A stretch of 47,950 nucleotides of DNA from Candidatus Eiseniibacteriota bacterium (GTDB lineage: Bacteria > Eisenbacteria > RBG-16-71-46): contig JBGAOA010000034.1 of NCBI GenBank assembly GCA_044222065.1, positions 1-47,950 on the forward strand, read 5' to 3'. Made by a program: the position numbers and the translations under genes. This document shows, piece after piece, positions 35,381 through 45,669 of the stretch (positions are counted from its first letter, which is position 1; every line of letters begins with the position of its first letter). The notes under the pieces were generated by a model that did no database searches, was not told the origin of the DNA, and worked only from the letters and a program-made list of their open reading frames with translations.

Positions 35381-36886
35381 ATGTCGCAGACGCTTGCCCG
35401 CCTCACCCGCGCCGCGCTGCTCGCCCTCGTCCTCGCCGTCGCGTCCGGGGTCGCGCCGCCCGGGACGGTTCACGCCGCGCCGTCGCCCCGCACGGAGACG
35501 CCGGCGCTCGGCTCCCACGTCGTGCTGTCGTGGAACGACCTCGGCATGCACTGCATGAACAAGGACCACGCCGACTTCTCGGTGCTGCCGCCGTTCAACA
35601 ATCTCTCGGCCCAGGTGATCGAGCGCGGCGATGACACGCGCCTGCCGCGGATCGTGACGGGCGGCGTCTCGCTCGAGTACTCGATCCCGGGCAACACGAC
35701 CTCGGTCGGGAAGACCGATTTCTGGACCTACGCGCAGGCGATCTTCGGCGTCCAGCTGCCGCCGGACGTGGGCCTCGCGGGCAAGGGCCTCACGGGCTCG
35801 CTCGACCTCGTCGGCACGCACTACGCCGCGATCGGCATTCCCGTGACGCCGTTCACGGACGCGAACCCGACCGTCGAGAACCCCTACCAGCAGGCGCTCG
35901 TGATCGCGCGCGATCCCGTCGGCGCCGAACTCGCGCGCAGCACCCCGGTGATCCCGGTCTCGACCGAGATCAACTGCGTCAGCTCTGGATGCCACTCGAG
36001 CATCAACTCGATCCTGAACGGTCACCCGCGCGTGACCGGTTTCGATCCGAACACGCGTCCGATCCTGTGCGCGCGCTGCCACGCGAGCCCGGCGCTCGGC
36101 ACGACCGGAAACGCGGAAGCGGGCTACTTCTCGTTCCGCATTCACGACCAGCACCAGTTCATCGACACGCAGATCCCGGGCATGGACGGCTGCTACAAGT
36201 GCCATCCCGGTCCGAACACGAAGTGCCTGCGCGGCGCGATGAACGACCGGCACGGACTCACGTGCCAGAACTGCCACGGCACGATGCTCAACGTGGCGCG
36301 CACGATCGAGAACGGACGAGTCCCGTGGGCGAACGAGCCGGCGTGCGGCGGCTGCCACCTGCCGCAGTTCGCGGAGCCCGCGGGGCAGCTCTACCGGAAC
36401 AGCGCCGGGCACGGCGGCGTGATGTGCGAGGGATGCCACAACAGCACGCACGCCGACCTGCCGAGCCGCGAGCCGGCGGACAATGCGAACAACATCGCGC
36501 TCCAGGGCTACGCCGGCACGCTGCGCGAATGCGCCGTGTGCCACGGCACGACGCCGAGCGGTGCGGGGCCGCACGGCGTGCTCGTCGCGGACGTCGAGTC
36601 GCAGGCGCTGGGCGGTGCGATCAGGCTCGCGGTGTCGCCGAACCCGGTGCGCACGTCGTGCAGCATCGAGCTGCCGCGCGGACGCGCGGGCGAAGGCCGA
36701 CTTCTCGTCTTCGACGCGACGGGCCGCACGGTGCGCGCGATGGACGTCACGTCCCGGACGGACGGCGGCCGCGTGACGTGGGACGCGCGCGATCAGCGCG
36801 GCGCGGCGGTCCCCGCCGGCACGTACTTCGTGCGCTGGCAGCAGGACGAGCGGCAGGCGGGCGCGCGCGTCGTCGTCGTGCGCTGA
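35381..36886 (+). CDS. Multiheme cytochrome c (6 CxxCH plus one CX4CH) with C-terminal FlgD/T9SS-like tail
   Basis: AGGAGG RBS, signal peptide, N-terminal SWNDLGMHC domain. CVSSGCH, CARCH, CYKCH, CQNCH, CGGCH, CEGCH and CAVCH. Tail VSPNP...FDATGRTVR...WDARD...AGTYFVR. Confidence 0.92.
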   Translation: MSQTLARLTRAALLALVLAVASGVAPPGTVHAAPSPRTETPALGSHVVLSWNDLGMHCMNKDHADFSVLPPFNNLSAQVIERGDDTRLPRIVTGGVSLEYSIPGNTTSVGKTDFWTYAQAIFGVQLPPDVGLAGKGLTGSLDLVGTHYAAIGIPVTPFTDANPTVENPYQQALVIARDPVGAELARSTPVIPVSTEINCVSSGCHSSINSILNGHPRVTGFDPNTRPILCARCHASPALGTTGNAEAGYFSFRIHDQHQFIDTQIPGMDGCYKCHPGPNTKCLRGAMNDRHGLTCQNCHGTMLNVARTIENGRVPWANEPACGGCHLPQFAEPAGQLYRNSAGHGGVMCEGCHNSTHADLPSREPADNANNIALQGYAGTLRECAVCHGTTPSGAGPHGVLVADVESQALGGAIRLAVSPNPVRTSCSIELPRGRAGEGRLLVFDATGRTVRAMDVTSRTDGGRVTWDARDQRGAAVPAGTYFVRWQQDERQAGARVVVVR

Positions 36887-36940
36887 GCGCCGGAATCGCG
36901 CGGGCCGAGAGAGCGCCGCTCCCCCGGCCCGCGCGGCGTT

Positions 36941-37640
36941 TCAGGGCAGCGACAGCACGCCCGAGCGCGCGACCGCGATCGCGGCGCCGTGCGCGAGGGC
37001 GGTGACCTCGATCTGCACTTCGGCGCCCGGCGCGAGCGCGGCGGGCAGCGCGGCGCGCGGCACGACGAGCGTCGTCTCGGCGCCGGTGTCGCGCGTGAAC
37101 ACGATCTCGAGCGCGGGACCGACGAGCGCGAGCCGGTAGGCGTCCGCGCCCGCGGTCGGGCTCCAGCGGAACTCGACGACGTCGCCCGCGGCGCGCGGCG
37201 GCCACACGGTGGCGGCGGCCTGCGCGGGCGCCGCGCCGCGCACGGTCGCGTACTCGCGCGGACGGGCGGTCCACCACCACGACGCACCCGCGACCACGAG
37301 CACCGCGGCGGCGGCGAGCGCCGGGCGAGCGCCGGCGCCGAAGATCCACTCGGCGAGGCCGCGGCGCGAGCGGGTCGCGCGCCGCGGCGGCACCGCGGGC
37401 CCCGCGGTCCCGGCGCGCCGCGCCGAGCGCCTACCCTCGACCCGCGCGGCGAGCGCCCTCGGCGCTCGCGAGTTCGGGCGACACGGCCGAGTCGCCCGGG
37501 GCGACGAACTCGTCGTGCATCGCCCGCCACGCCTCGAAGGCGGGGGAGACGCTCGCGCACGCGCTCGGATGGTCCTCGGAGGAGCGCGAGCATACGCGCG
37601 AATTCCTCGGGAGTGAACCGGCCGTCGCGCGTCGACGCGC
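36941..37640 (-). CDS. Putative membrane anti-sigma factor, frameshifted (start approximate)
   Basis: Directly downstream of an ECF sigma. Pieces FTPEEFARMLAL / EDHP...FEAWRAMHDEFVAP / RALAARVE join into ORF 36941-37393, which has a TM helix (PALAAAAVLVVAGASWWW) and an FN3-like periplasmic part. Confidence 0.6.
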
Positions 37641-38225
37641 CTCCGTGCGGATTTCGCTCCGCGAGCGCCAGCCCAGCTTGCGGCGGGCGGTCTGGATGAC
37701 GGCCCGCGCTCCCGAGGGCCCTTCGATCCTCAGCAACCGCGTGATGTCGTTCACGCTCATCCCCTCGTAGGACTTGAGCCACAGCGCCCGTCGTTCGACG
37801 GGTTCGAGATGGCGGTTCATCGCCTCCAGCACCCGCTCCAGTTCGAGCGACGTCTCCACGCGGTCGCCCGGGTCGGAACGATCCATTTCGAGGTCGTCCA
37901 CTTCCGCCTCGTCCTCGCGCACGAGCGGACGCTTCCGTAGCGCGAGCAGACAGCGGTTGTGCACGATCGTGAACAGCCACGCCGAGAACCGTCCGCGCGA
38001 CTCGTAGCGCGGCAGGGCCGTGTACATCTGCAGCAGCGCATCCTGCGCCGCGTCGAGCGCCGCTTCGCGCTCGCGCAGCACGCGGAACGCCCACAGGTAC
38101 GCGCGCCCCCGCCAGCGGGCGACCAGCGCCGCGGCCGCCGCTCGCCCGGACTCGCCGTCCGGGTCGCGCTGGAAACCGCGCACCAGTTCGTCGTCGCTCG
38201 GCTCGGGGCCCGGTGCGTTCATCAT
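37635..38225 (-). CDS. ECF sigma factor (3' end frameshifted; computed ORF runs on to 37431)
   Basis: SDDELV, ALDAAQDALL, YESRGRFSAWLFTIVHNRCL, LEPVERRALWLKSYEGMSVNDI and ARRKL. Confidence 0.88.
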
Positions 38226-38236
38226 GGAGAAGCACC

Positions 38237-40961
38237 TTAGCGACGATTCGTCACGGACGATACGGGGGATTCGGCGGTACGGCCGCCGCCGTCAGCGACT
38301 TGCGGCCCCCGGACCCGGGTGTCGGGGTCCCCGAGCAGGACGACCCCCATCCAGTAGTAGGGCGAGGCGAAGCGCGGCAAGGCGCGCAATTCCGCCTGCG
38401 CGGCCCGCAGCGCGGCGCCCACGGTCTCGCCCCGCGCGAGGTGCGCGTAGAGGCGCGACATCAGCTCCGTCATGGCTTCGTCGTCGGCGTCCCACTGGGT
38501 CGCGATCACGGTGCGCACGCCGGCGGCGAGCCACGCGGCCGCGAGGCCGCGCGGAGTCTGCGAACCGCGGCCCGCGGCGCCGAGCGAGCGGCAGCTCGAC
38601 ATCACGCACAGGCGCGCACGCCGCGCGCGCGCGATCGCGTCGGCCCGCAGGTACGCGTCGGGCCGCCGGCGTCGCCGACGAGCAGGCCCAGGCGCCAGGG
38701 GCGCGCGCGGTCCTCGAGCGCGTGCACGGCGAAATGCAGGACGTCGAACCCGCGCAGGTCGCGCGCGAGCAGCGTGCGCGCATCGAGCGGCGGGTCCACG
38801 CGCGCCGTCGCGCCCGGGAACCGCTCGGCGATCGTGCGGACCTCGCGCGCGCCGCGCCCGGCATCGCGCGGCCCTCCTCGTCGCGCGTGCGGGCGAGCGC
38901 GAGCAGTCGCCCCGCGTGCTCCGCCGAACTCGTGCGCGCGAGCGCGAGCAGCGAGGCGGTCGGCACCTCCGCGAACTCCCTCGCGACCGCGAGCGGCTGA
39001 GGAAGCCCGCGCGTGGAGAGCGCGCCGAGCGGGTAGCCCGCGAGCGGGCCGCTCGCGACGAGCACGCGCCGCGCGGCGACGAGTTCCGGCTCGGCCGCGC
39101 CGAAGAGCGCCTGGCCGAGCGCGCGCAACCGAGTCCGCGAACGCCCGTGCCCGCGCCGGGCGATGCGTAGTCGCGCAGCCGCTCGAATCGGGGCCGCAGC
39201 ACGCGGTCGCCCGGCGCGAAGTAGGCGCGGATCGAGCGTGTCGTCAGCACGAACACGACGGTCGTCTCGGGGCACGGGTGCACGTCCGAACACGTCGCCC
39301 GGTTGCAGCACACGCGCGACTGGAGTTCCGCCGCGCCCGGCGCCGAGAACGCGGACGCGGGTCCGCCGGGCCGAGCGCGCGTTCCACCAGCGATCCACGA
39401 ACGGAACCGCTGCAACGCGGCGAACGCCTCGCGCGCCGCGAGCCGGGACTCCCGTCCGCGCACGGGCTCGAGCAGGAACGTCGCGTAGCTGCCGCTGAAG
39501 TCCGCCGCGGCCTCGTCGAACGCCTCGCGCCACGCGGGATCGCTCGTCGCCCGTCGTCCGTGCTCCCAGCCCGTCCGCCGCCTGGCGGAACGCGATCAGC
39601 GCGCTGTCGCGCAGGCCGAGGGCCCGGTAGCAGCCGGCGCGCGTCACGAGCGCGTGCACGCCGCCGTAGCCCAGAACGCCGCTCGTGCGCTCGATCGGCC
39701 CCGAGTTCACGAGCCCCACGAGCGCCTCGCGCGCGCGGCCGAGCGCGAGCAGGCTCGAGCTCCGCTGGCGCAACAGGAAGCTTCCCCGATCGGCGACGCC
39801 CCACCGCGCGAGGCGTGCGCTCTGCGCATCAATCAGACGCACGACCTCTTCGTGTCGCCCGAGCCTCGCGAGCGTGCCCGCGAGCGTGGTCGTCACCTCC
39901 TGGGCGATCGAGACCGGGATCGAGTCGGTCAGCGCGATCGCGCGGCGGCCGAAACGTTCGCCCTCCTCGAAGCGGCCCTGCTGCCGTCGCAGCACTCCCA
40001 CCTGCGAGTAGACCTGCGCCCGCAGCGGGGCCGAGCCCGTGCGCTCGGCTTCGGCGACGAGGGGCACGAGCAGCGAGTCGGCCTCGTCGAGCTGGCCGGC
40101 ATTCACGAGCAGCAGCCCGCGGTTCCGGCGCAGGGCGAGCACGCGTTCCGTCAGGTTGAGGACGCCCGACAGCGACTCGGCCCGCACGTAGTAGACCTTC
40201 GCCTTCGACACGTCTCCGTAAGCGTGCTCGAGTCCGGCGAGATTGCCGAGCGTTTCGGACTGCTGCAGCAGGTCGCGGTTCCTGAGCGCCTCGGCGAGCA
40301 CGTCGAAGTGCGCCCGGCGCGCGCCGTCGAGGTCGCCCGCGACCTGCAGCGTGCGCGCGAGCGAGGCCAGCACCTGGGAGCGGAGCCGCGGGGACGCGCG
40401 CTCGCCGATCCGTTCGACCGCCACCCGGCCGCAGCGCACGGCTTCTTCGAGATCACGCCGTTCCTGCGCGGCGTACGCGAGCAGCAGCCACGACGCCGCC
40501 TCGAGTTCCACGAGCCCCGCGCGCCGGGCGATCGCCTGCATCCGTCGCGCGTGCGCCCGGCCGCGCTCGAAGTCGCGCGCCGCGTTCCCCTGATACGCGA
40601 GCAGCCTCAACGCCGCGCACGCGCTCAGCGAATCGCGCGCGGCGAGCGCCTCGGCCAGCACCCGCCGCGCGATGGCCTCACCATCGCCGCCGCGCCCGCG
40701 GGCGAGACGCGCGGACACGCGCATCACGGACGTGTAGCGCTCGAGATTCGCGTCGAAGCCCGGGAGTGCGCGGACCGCCGCCGAGTCGCAGCGTGCGGAG
40801 ACGAGATCGAAGCGCCCGAGCAGCGCGAGGCTGTCGAGCGTGACGCCGAACGCGAGATGGCGGCGCCAGCCGACGGCGGACGCCGCCCCGTCGCACGGGA
40901 GCAGCGCGGCGAGCACGAGGGCCGCGAGCGCGAGCGCGGCGGGGGAGCGGGACGATCGCAT
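38237..40961 (-). CDS. TPR-CHAT domain protein with signal peptide; several frameshifts between about 38.6 and 39.6 kb
   Basis: Signal peptide at 40961, then TPRs (TLGNLAGLEHAYGD; YSQVGVLRRQQGRFEEG). CHAT pieces in different frames: SGPLAGYPLGAL, FDVLHFAVHA (His), LCVMSSCRS (Cys), AWLAAGVRTVIATQWDADD and PYYWMGVVLLGD. Confidence 0.85.
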
Positions 40962-41119
40962 GTGCACCGATGCTCGCGGCCGAGGACGAGCGGCGTCAAC
41001 GGCGAAGTTTCGTCGCGCACCGGCGCGCGCTCGTCGAATGGTCGTTGCGCACGCCCCGGACGCGGGCGAAGATCGCGCCGGCCCCACGCCGACGCCCGAC
41101 CGCCTCCGGAGATTCCGCC

Positions 41120-42760
41120 ATGCGCGCCGCATGCCTCGCCCTGTTCGCCCTGCTCTGCGCTTCACCCGCCCGCGCGTTCCAGGTCGCGGGGGGGCCCGCC
41201 GCGCCCGCCCCGCCCGCGCTCGAGAACTGCATTCCGGCGGCCGAGACCGCCGCGCTGCGCGCCGCGTTCCCGGCCGTGAAGCGTCCCGCGCCCGCGCGTC
41301 TGTTCGTGCCGCTCTACGCCGATCCGGTGCCGGGCGGGACGAACTCGTTCGGACGCACCGTGACGAACTACGTGGATCTCGATCCCACGGCCGGCCTGCT
41401 CGACTGGAACTGCGGCGCGACGACTTACGACGGCCACGCGGGCATCGACACCGAGATCCGCGACTTCTACGACATGGACGCGGGCGTCCCCGTGCTGTGC
41501 GCCGCGCCGGGGACGGTCGTGGGCGCGCACGACGGCGAGTTCGACCGCCGCACGGCGTGGATCAACGGCGTCGTCGCGAACCACGCGATCGTCCAGCACG
41601 GCGACGGCTCCTACGCCTACTACTGGCACATGCGCAACGGCTCGGTGCGCGTCACGGTCGGACAGCCCGTCGCGACGGGCGACACGCTCGGCATGATCGG
41701 GAGTTCCGGCTTCTCGAGCGGCCCGCACCTCCACTTCGAGACCTGGGACGGCGCGACGCGCGAACCGAACTCGGGCGCCTGCCAGTCGAATCCGTCGCTG
41801 TGGCAGTCGCCGCAGCCCTACGTGTGGACGCATCCGGTCGAGGTCTTCAACCACGGCGCCACGACGCTCGCGCTCAACTGGCCGACGCTGTGCGAGCGGC
41901 CGCCCTCGAAAACGCACGTCGTGGCGGGCTCGACGGTGTACTCGTGGATCCGCGCCCGCAATCTCGCGACCACGGACCTCGTGTCGTTCCGGTTCTGGAG
42001 CCCGCTCGGGCTCTGGGGCTCGGCGAACTTCAATCCCAGCGCCTCCTACTCGAGCAGCTGGTGGTACGTGTCCGGCACGCTGCCGACGAGCCCGACGACG
42101 TTCGGCGCGTGGCACGTGGACGTGCTCGTGAACGGCGTGCTGCGCGCGACGCAGCCCTTCACCGTGAACGCGGCCGCGAACCAGGCGCCGACGATCGCCT
42201 CGCGCACGGTGTACGTGCCGCGGGACGGCTCCGTGCTCGTGGACCTCGCGGGCGCCGATCCCGACGGCTCCGTGTTCTGGCACGACGTGTACCTCGCGCC
42301 GACCCAGGGCGCGGCGACGCTCTCGAACACGCGCCGCCACCTGCTGAGCTACGTGCCGAACCCGGGCTTCCTCGGCGAGGACTCGGTGCTCGTGCGCGCG
42401 CGCGACGACGAGAACGCCGCGGGGCCGGTCGCCGCGATCCGGTTCGTGGTGACGGACCTGCTCGACGCGACGACGGCGCCGGCGGCGGGCCTCGCGCTCG
42501 CGCCGATCGTCCCGAATCCGCTGCGCCGCGACGGACGCATCGCGTTCACGCTGCCGCGGCCCGGCGACGCGCGGCTCGAACTCCTGGACCTCGCGGGGCG
42601 CCGCCTCGCGGAATGGCGCGGCGCGGACCTCGGCGCGGGCGCGCACGAGCTGGCGCTCGGCGCGCTCGCGCCGCGCGCGCCGCTCGGCGCCGGCGTGTAC
42701 TTCGTGCGTCTCACGGCGCTCGGCGAGTCGCGCGCCCGGCGCGTGTGCGTGACGAACTGA
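41120..42760 (+). CDS. Secreted M23 family metallopeptidase with Ig-like domain and FlgD-like tail
   Basis: Signal peptide. YDGHAGID (HxxxD), YWHM and GSSGFSSGPHLHFE (HxH). NQAP...YVPNPGFLGEDS Ig-like domain; PNP...DLAGRR...GVYFVRL tail. Confidence 0.92.
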   Translation: MRAACLALFALLCASPARAFQVAGGPAAPAPPALENCIPAAETAALRAAFPAVKRPAPARLFVPLYADPVPGGTNSFGRTVTNYVDLDPTAGLLDWNCGATTYDGHAGIDTEIRDFYDMDAGVPVLCAAPGTVVGAHDGEFDRRTAWINGVVANHAIVQHGDGSYAYYWHMRNGSVRVTVGQPVATGDTLGMIGSSGFSSGPHLHFETWDGATREPNSGACQSNPSLWQSPQPYVWTHPVEVFNHGATTLALNWPTLCERPPSKTHVVAGSTVYSWIRARNLATTDLVSFRFWSPLGLWGSANFNPSASYSSSWWYVSGTLPTSPTTFGAWHVDVLVNGVLRATQPFTVNAAANQAPTIASRTVYVPRDGSVLVDLAGADPDGSVFWHDVYLAPTQGAATLSNTRRHLLSYVPNPGFLGEDSVLVRARDDENAAGPVAAIRFVVTDLLDATTAPAAGLALAPIVPNPLRRDGRIAFTLPRPGDARLELLDLAGRRLAEWRGADLGAGAHELALGALAPRAPLGAGVYFVRLTALGESRARRVCVTN

Positions 42761-42907
42761 TCGGGAACCTCGGCGCTTCGGCCTACGGGCGAGGCGCCGC
42801 GCGGTGCTAGGTTCCGCGCGCGTCCGCATCCACCCGGACGCGCTCGCGCCGGCACCCCCGTCGTCGCGGGTCCTGACCCCGAACTCCCAGGATGGGAGAG
42901 GTGCCCG

Positions 42908-45290
42908 ATGAGCCGCCGCTTGCCGATCGTCGTGCTGGCTGCCGTGCTTCTCGCGACCCCCCGCTTCGCCGCGAAGAAGGCGCTGTTCGACAACTTCCAC
43001 GCCGAGACCGCCGGCAACGCGCGCGACTGGCAGATCGATACCGATCAGCCCGTGCCGCTGCCCGCGCAGAGCGGCATCACCGCGGGCACGCCGGGCACGT
43101 ACTGGACCGGCGCGATCTCGTCGTGGGCCGTCGCGCTCGTCCAGCGCGGCTACACGGTCGAGACGAACACCGCCGCGCTGACCTACGGCAATTCGGGGAA
43201 TCCGCGCGATCTCGCGAACTACGACGTGCTGATCGTGGACGAGCCGAACACGCTGTTCAGCGCCGCCGAGGCGAGCGCGATCTTCAGCTTCGTCCAGAAC
43301 GGCGGCGGGCTCGTCGCGATCTCGGACCACGCGGGATCGGACCGCAACAACGACGGCCAGGATTCGCCGAAGATCTGGAACGCGATGGACCCGTCGCACC
43401 TGCTCGGCGTGAGCTTCGCCTCGACCGGGAACGCGAACAACAGCATCAGCCAGACGTCCACGAACGTGCGCGCGGTCTCGACCGATTCGATCACGCGCGG
43501 CCCGGTCGGGAACGTCACCGGCTTCGCGTTCCACAGCGGCACGACGATGACGCTCTATCCGGCGGTGAACGCGAGCGTGCGCGGCGAGGTGTGGATGAAC
43601 GGCCTCGCCGAGACGAGCACGACCGGGCTGATGTGCGCCTCGGCCGTGTACGGCAACGGCCGCGTCGTGTTCGCGGGGGACAGTTCGCCGGCCGACGACG
43701 GCACGGCGGCGCCGGGGAACTCGAACATCTTCGACGGCTGGGGCGAAGCGGGCGCGACCGACAGCACGCTGTTCCTGAACGCCACGCTGTGGGTGACGCG
43801 CCGCGACGCGGGCGACCTCACGCCTCCGACCGTCGCCGTGACGTCGCCGAACGGCGGCGAGACGTGGAAGGCGGGTTCGACGCACGCGATCACGTGGAGC
43901 GCGAGCGACAACATCGGCGTGACGGCCGTGGACCTCGCGTACTCGACCGACGGCGGCACGAGCTACCCAAACACGATCGCGACCGGGCTCGCGAACTCGG
44001 GCACGTACGCGTGGGCGGTGCCGAACGCCCCGGGGTCGGCCGTGCGCGTGCGCGCGACCGCGCGCGATGCGGCGGGCAATTCGGCGCAGGACGGAAGCAA
44101 CGCGAGCTTCACGATCGACCGCTGGACGATCACCGCGTCTGCGGGCGCGAACGGTGTGATCGCTCCGAGCGGCGCGGTCGCCGTCGTCGAGGGCGCGAAT
44201 CAGGCGTTCACGATCGCGCCGAACTCGGGCTTCAGCGTCGCCTCCGTGGTCGTGGACGGCGCATCGGTCGGCGCGGTGACGAGCTACACGTTCACGAACG
44301 TCGCGGCCAGACCACACGATCTCGGCGACGTTCTCGGGCGGCTCGACCGGGCCGTACCCGATGGCCTCGGGCGACTACCTCGAGAGCTTCGCGGACGTCG
44401 CGAACTGGGCGAACGGCTTCACGAGCGGCATCGGCGCGACGCGCTGGGCTCCGGTCGCGGTCGGCGGCACCGGCACGATCCCGAACGGTTCGAAGACCAC
44501 GACCAGCACCGCCACGTTCGTCACCGGCACCACGGGTGGCGTGCAGAAGGGCGTGAGCCCGAACCCCGCGGGCACGATCTGCCTGCTGGCGACGGGCACG
44601 ACGGACGAGCGCCGACGCCATCGACCTGCTGCTCGACTTCACCGGGGTCAACGCGGGCACGCTGGGCTTCACGTGGCAGACCGTCTTCAACTCGACGGGC
44701 GACCGCAAGGGCTCGCTGCGCGTCTACACGAGCACCAACGGCTCGACGTTCACCGAGCTGACCGGCGCGGCGGTGCTCAACTTCACGAACAACGTCGCGG
44801 GCTCGGGTACGATCGCCTCGGTCGCGCTGCCGCGTCGTTCAGCAACTCCGCCACGGCGCGCATCCGCTTCTACTACGCCAACGGCACCGGCGGCACGACC
44901 GGTTCGCGGCCCAAGGTCGCGATCGACAACGTGTCGGTGACCGGCGGCGGTGCCTACGGTCTCGCGGCACGCGCCGCGACGACGGAGGCCTCGCGCCTCG
45001 CGCCCGAGGCTCCCGCGCTCGAACTCGCGCTGGCGCGTCCGGCGCCCAACCCGAGCCCGGACCACCACGCTCGCGTTCGCTGCCGCGCGCGGGCACGGCG
45101 CGGCTCGACGTGATCGACCTCGCCGGCCGCCGCGTGTGGTCGCACGAGGGCGCGTTCGCGGCAGGCGTGCAGGGCGTGCGCTGGGACGGCAGCGCGAGTG
45201 ACGGCTCGCCGGTGCGCGCCGGCGTCTACTTCGTGCGGCTCGTCACCGCGCAGGGTGAGCGCAGCGCAGGCAAAAGCGGCTGTAGTCCGC
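42908..45290 (+). CDS. Secreted multidomain protein (GATase/DUF4350-like N-terminal domain, Ig-like and B-repeat-like domains, FlgD-like tail); frameshifted near 44.3, 44.6, 44.8 and 45.07 kb; end approximate
   Basis: LFDNFHAETAGNA.DW, YDVLIVDEPN and FVQNGGGL..ISDH. DLTPPTVAVTSPNGGE and TITASAGANGVIAPSG. Tail PAPNP / DLAGRRV / WDG...GVYFVRL is split over frames. Confidence 0.75.
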
Positions 45291-45311
45291 GCGTCGTCGC
45301 GTCGCACCCGC

Positions 45312-45343
45312 ACCGGCGGGCGGCCTTCGGGCCGCCCGCCGGT
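45312..45343 (+). terminator. Perfect 14-bp hairpin with C(UUCG)G loop
   Basis: accggcgggcggcc-ttcg-ggccgcccgccggt just after the 42908 gene. The U-tail is weak. Confidence 0.65.
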
Positions 45344-45669
45344 CGTCGTTCGGGCGCGAGTCCGCCTCGTTCGTCGGAGCCACTCGTCGTTCGTCGTGCG
45401 AATCGCACGCGAGCGGAACCGCGGTCGGAGCCTTTCCGTAGGTCCGGACGTCGAGAGCAGGCGAGCGAAGCGTACGATCGCGCTCGCCGAAGTGGTTCGG
45501 AGCGGTCGCGAAATCCGGCCGGCGCAAGCCGGCGCCACTCGAGGCTCGCTCCAGTCGGGGACGCACCGAAGCTCGCGATCCCGCACGCGCCGTCGCGACG
45601 ACGGCACGCATCGGAGTGCGAGGCACCGCGAAGCCGCCGGTTCCGTCCCGCAGCAGGGAGGGAACGGTC

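Noticed and set aside
31167..36574. Giant ORFs 31167-35342 and 32714-36574 as single proteins
   Set aside because: RBS and signal peptides place the real starts at 32594 and 35170; the upstream parts are alternative frames of neighbouring genes.
37431..38225. Sigma / anti-sigma fusion protein
   Set aside because: The apparent read-through is better explained by indels near 37670 and 37580 in a frameshift-dense zone.
45505..45585. Cyclic di-GMP-I riboswitch-like elements (GCAA-capped stem, GGGACGCA)
   Set aside because: Spacing and the conserved junction sequences do not fit; an Rfam scan would be needed to support it.
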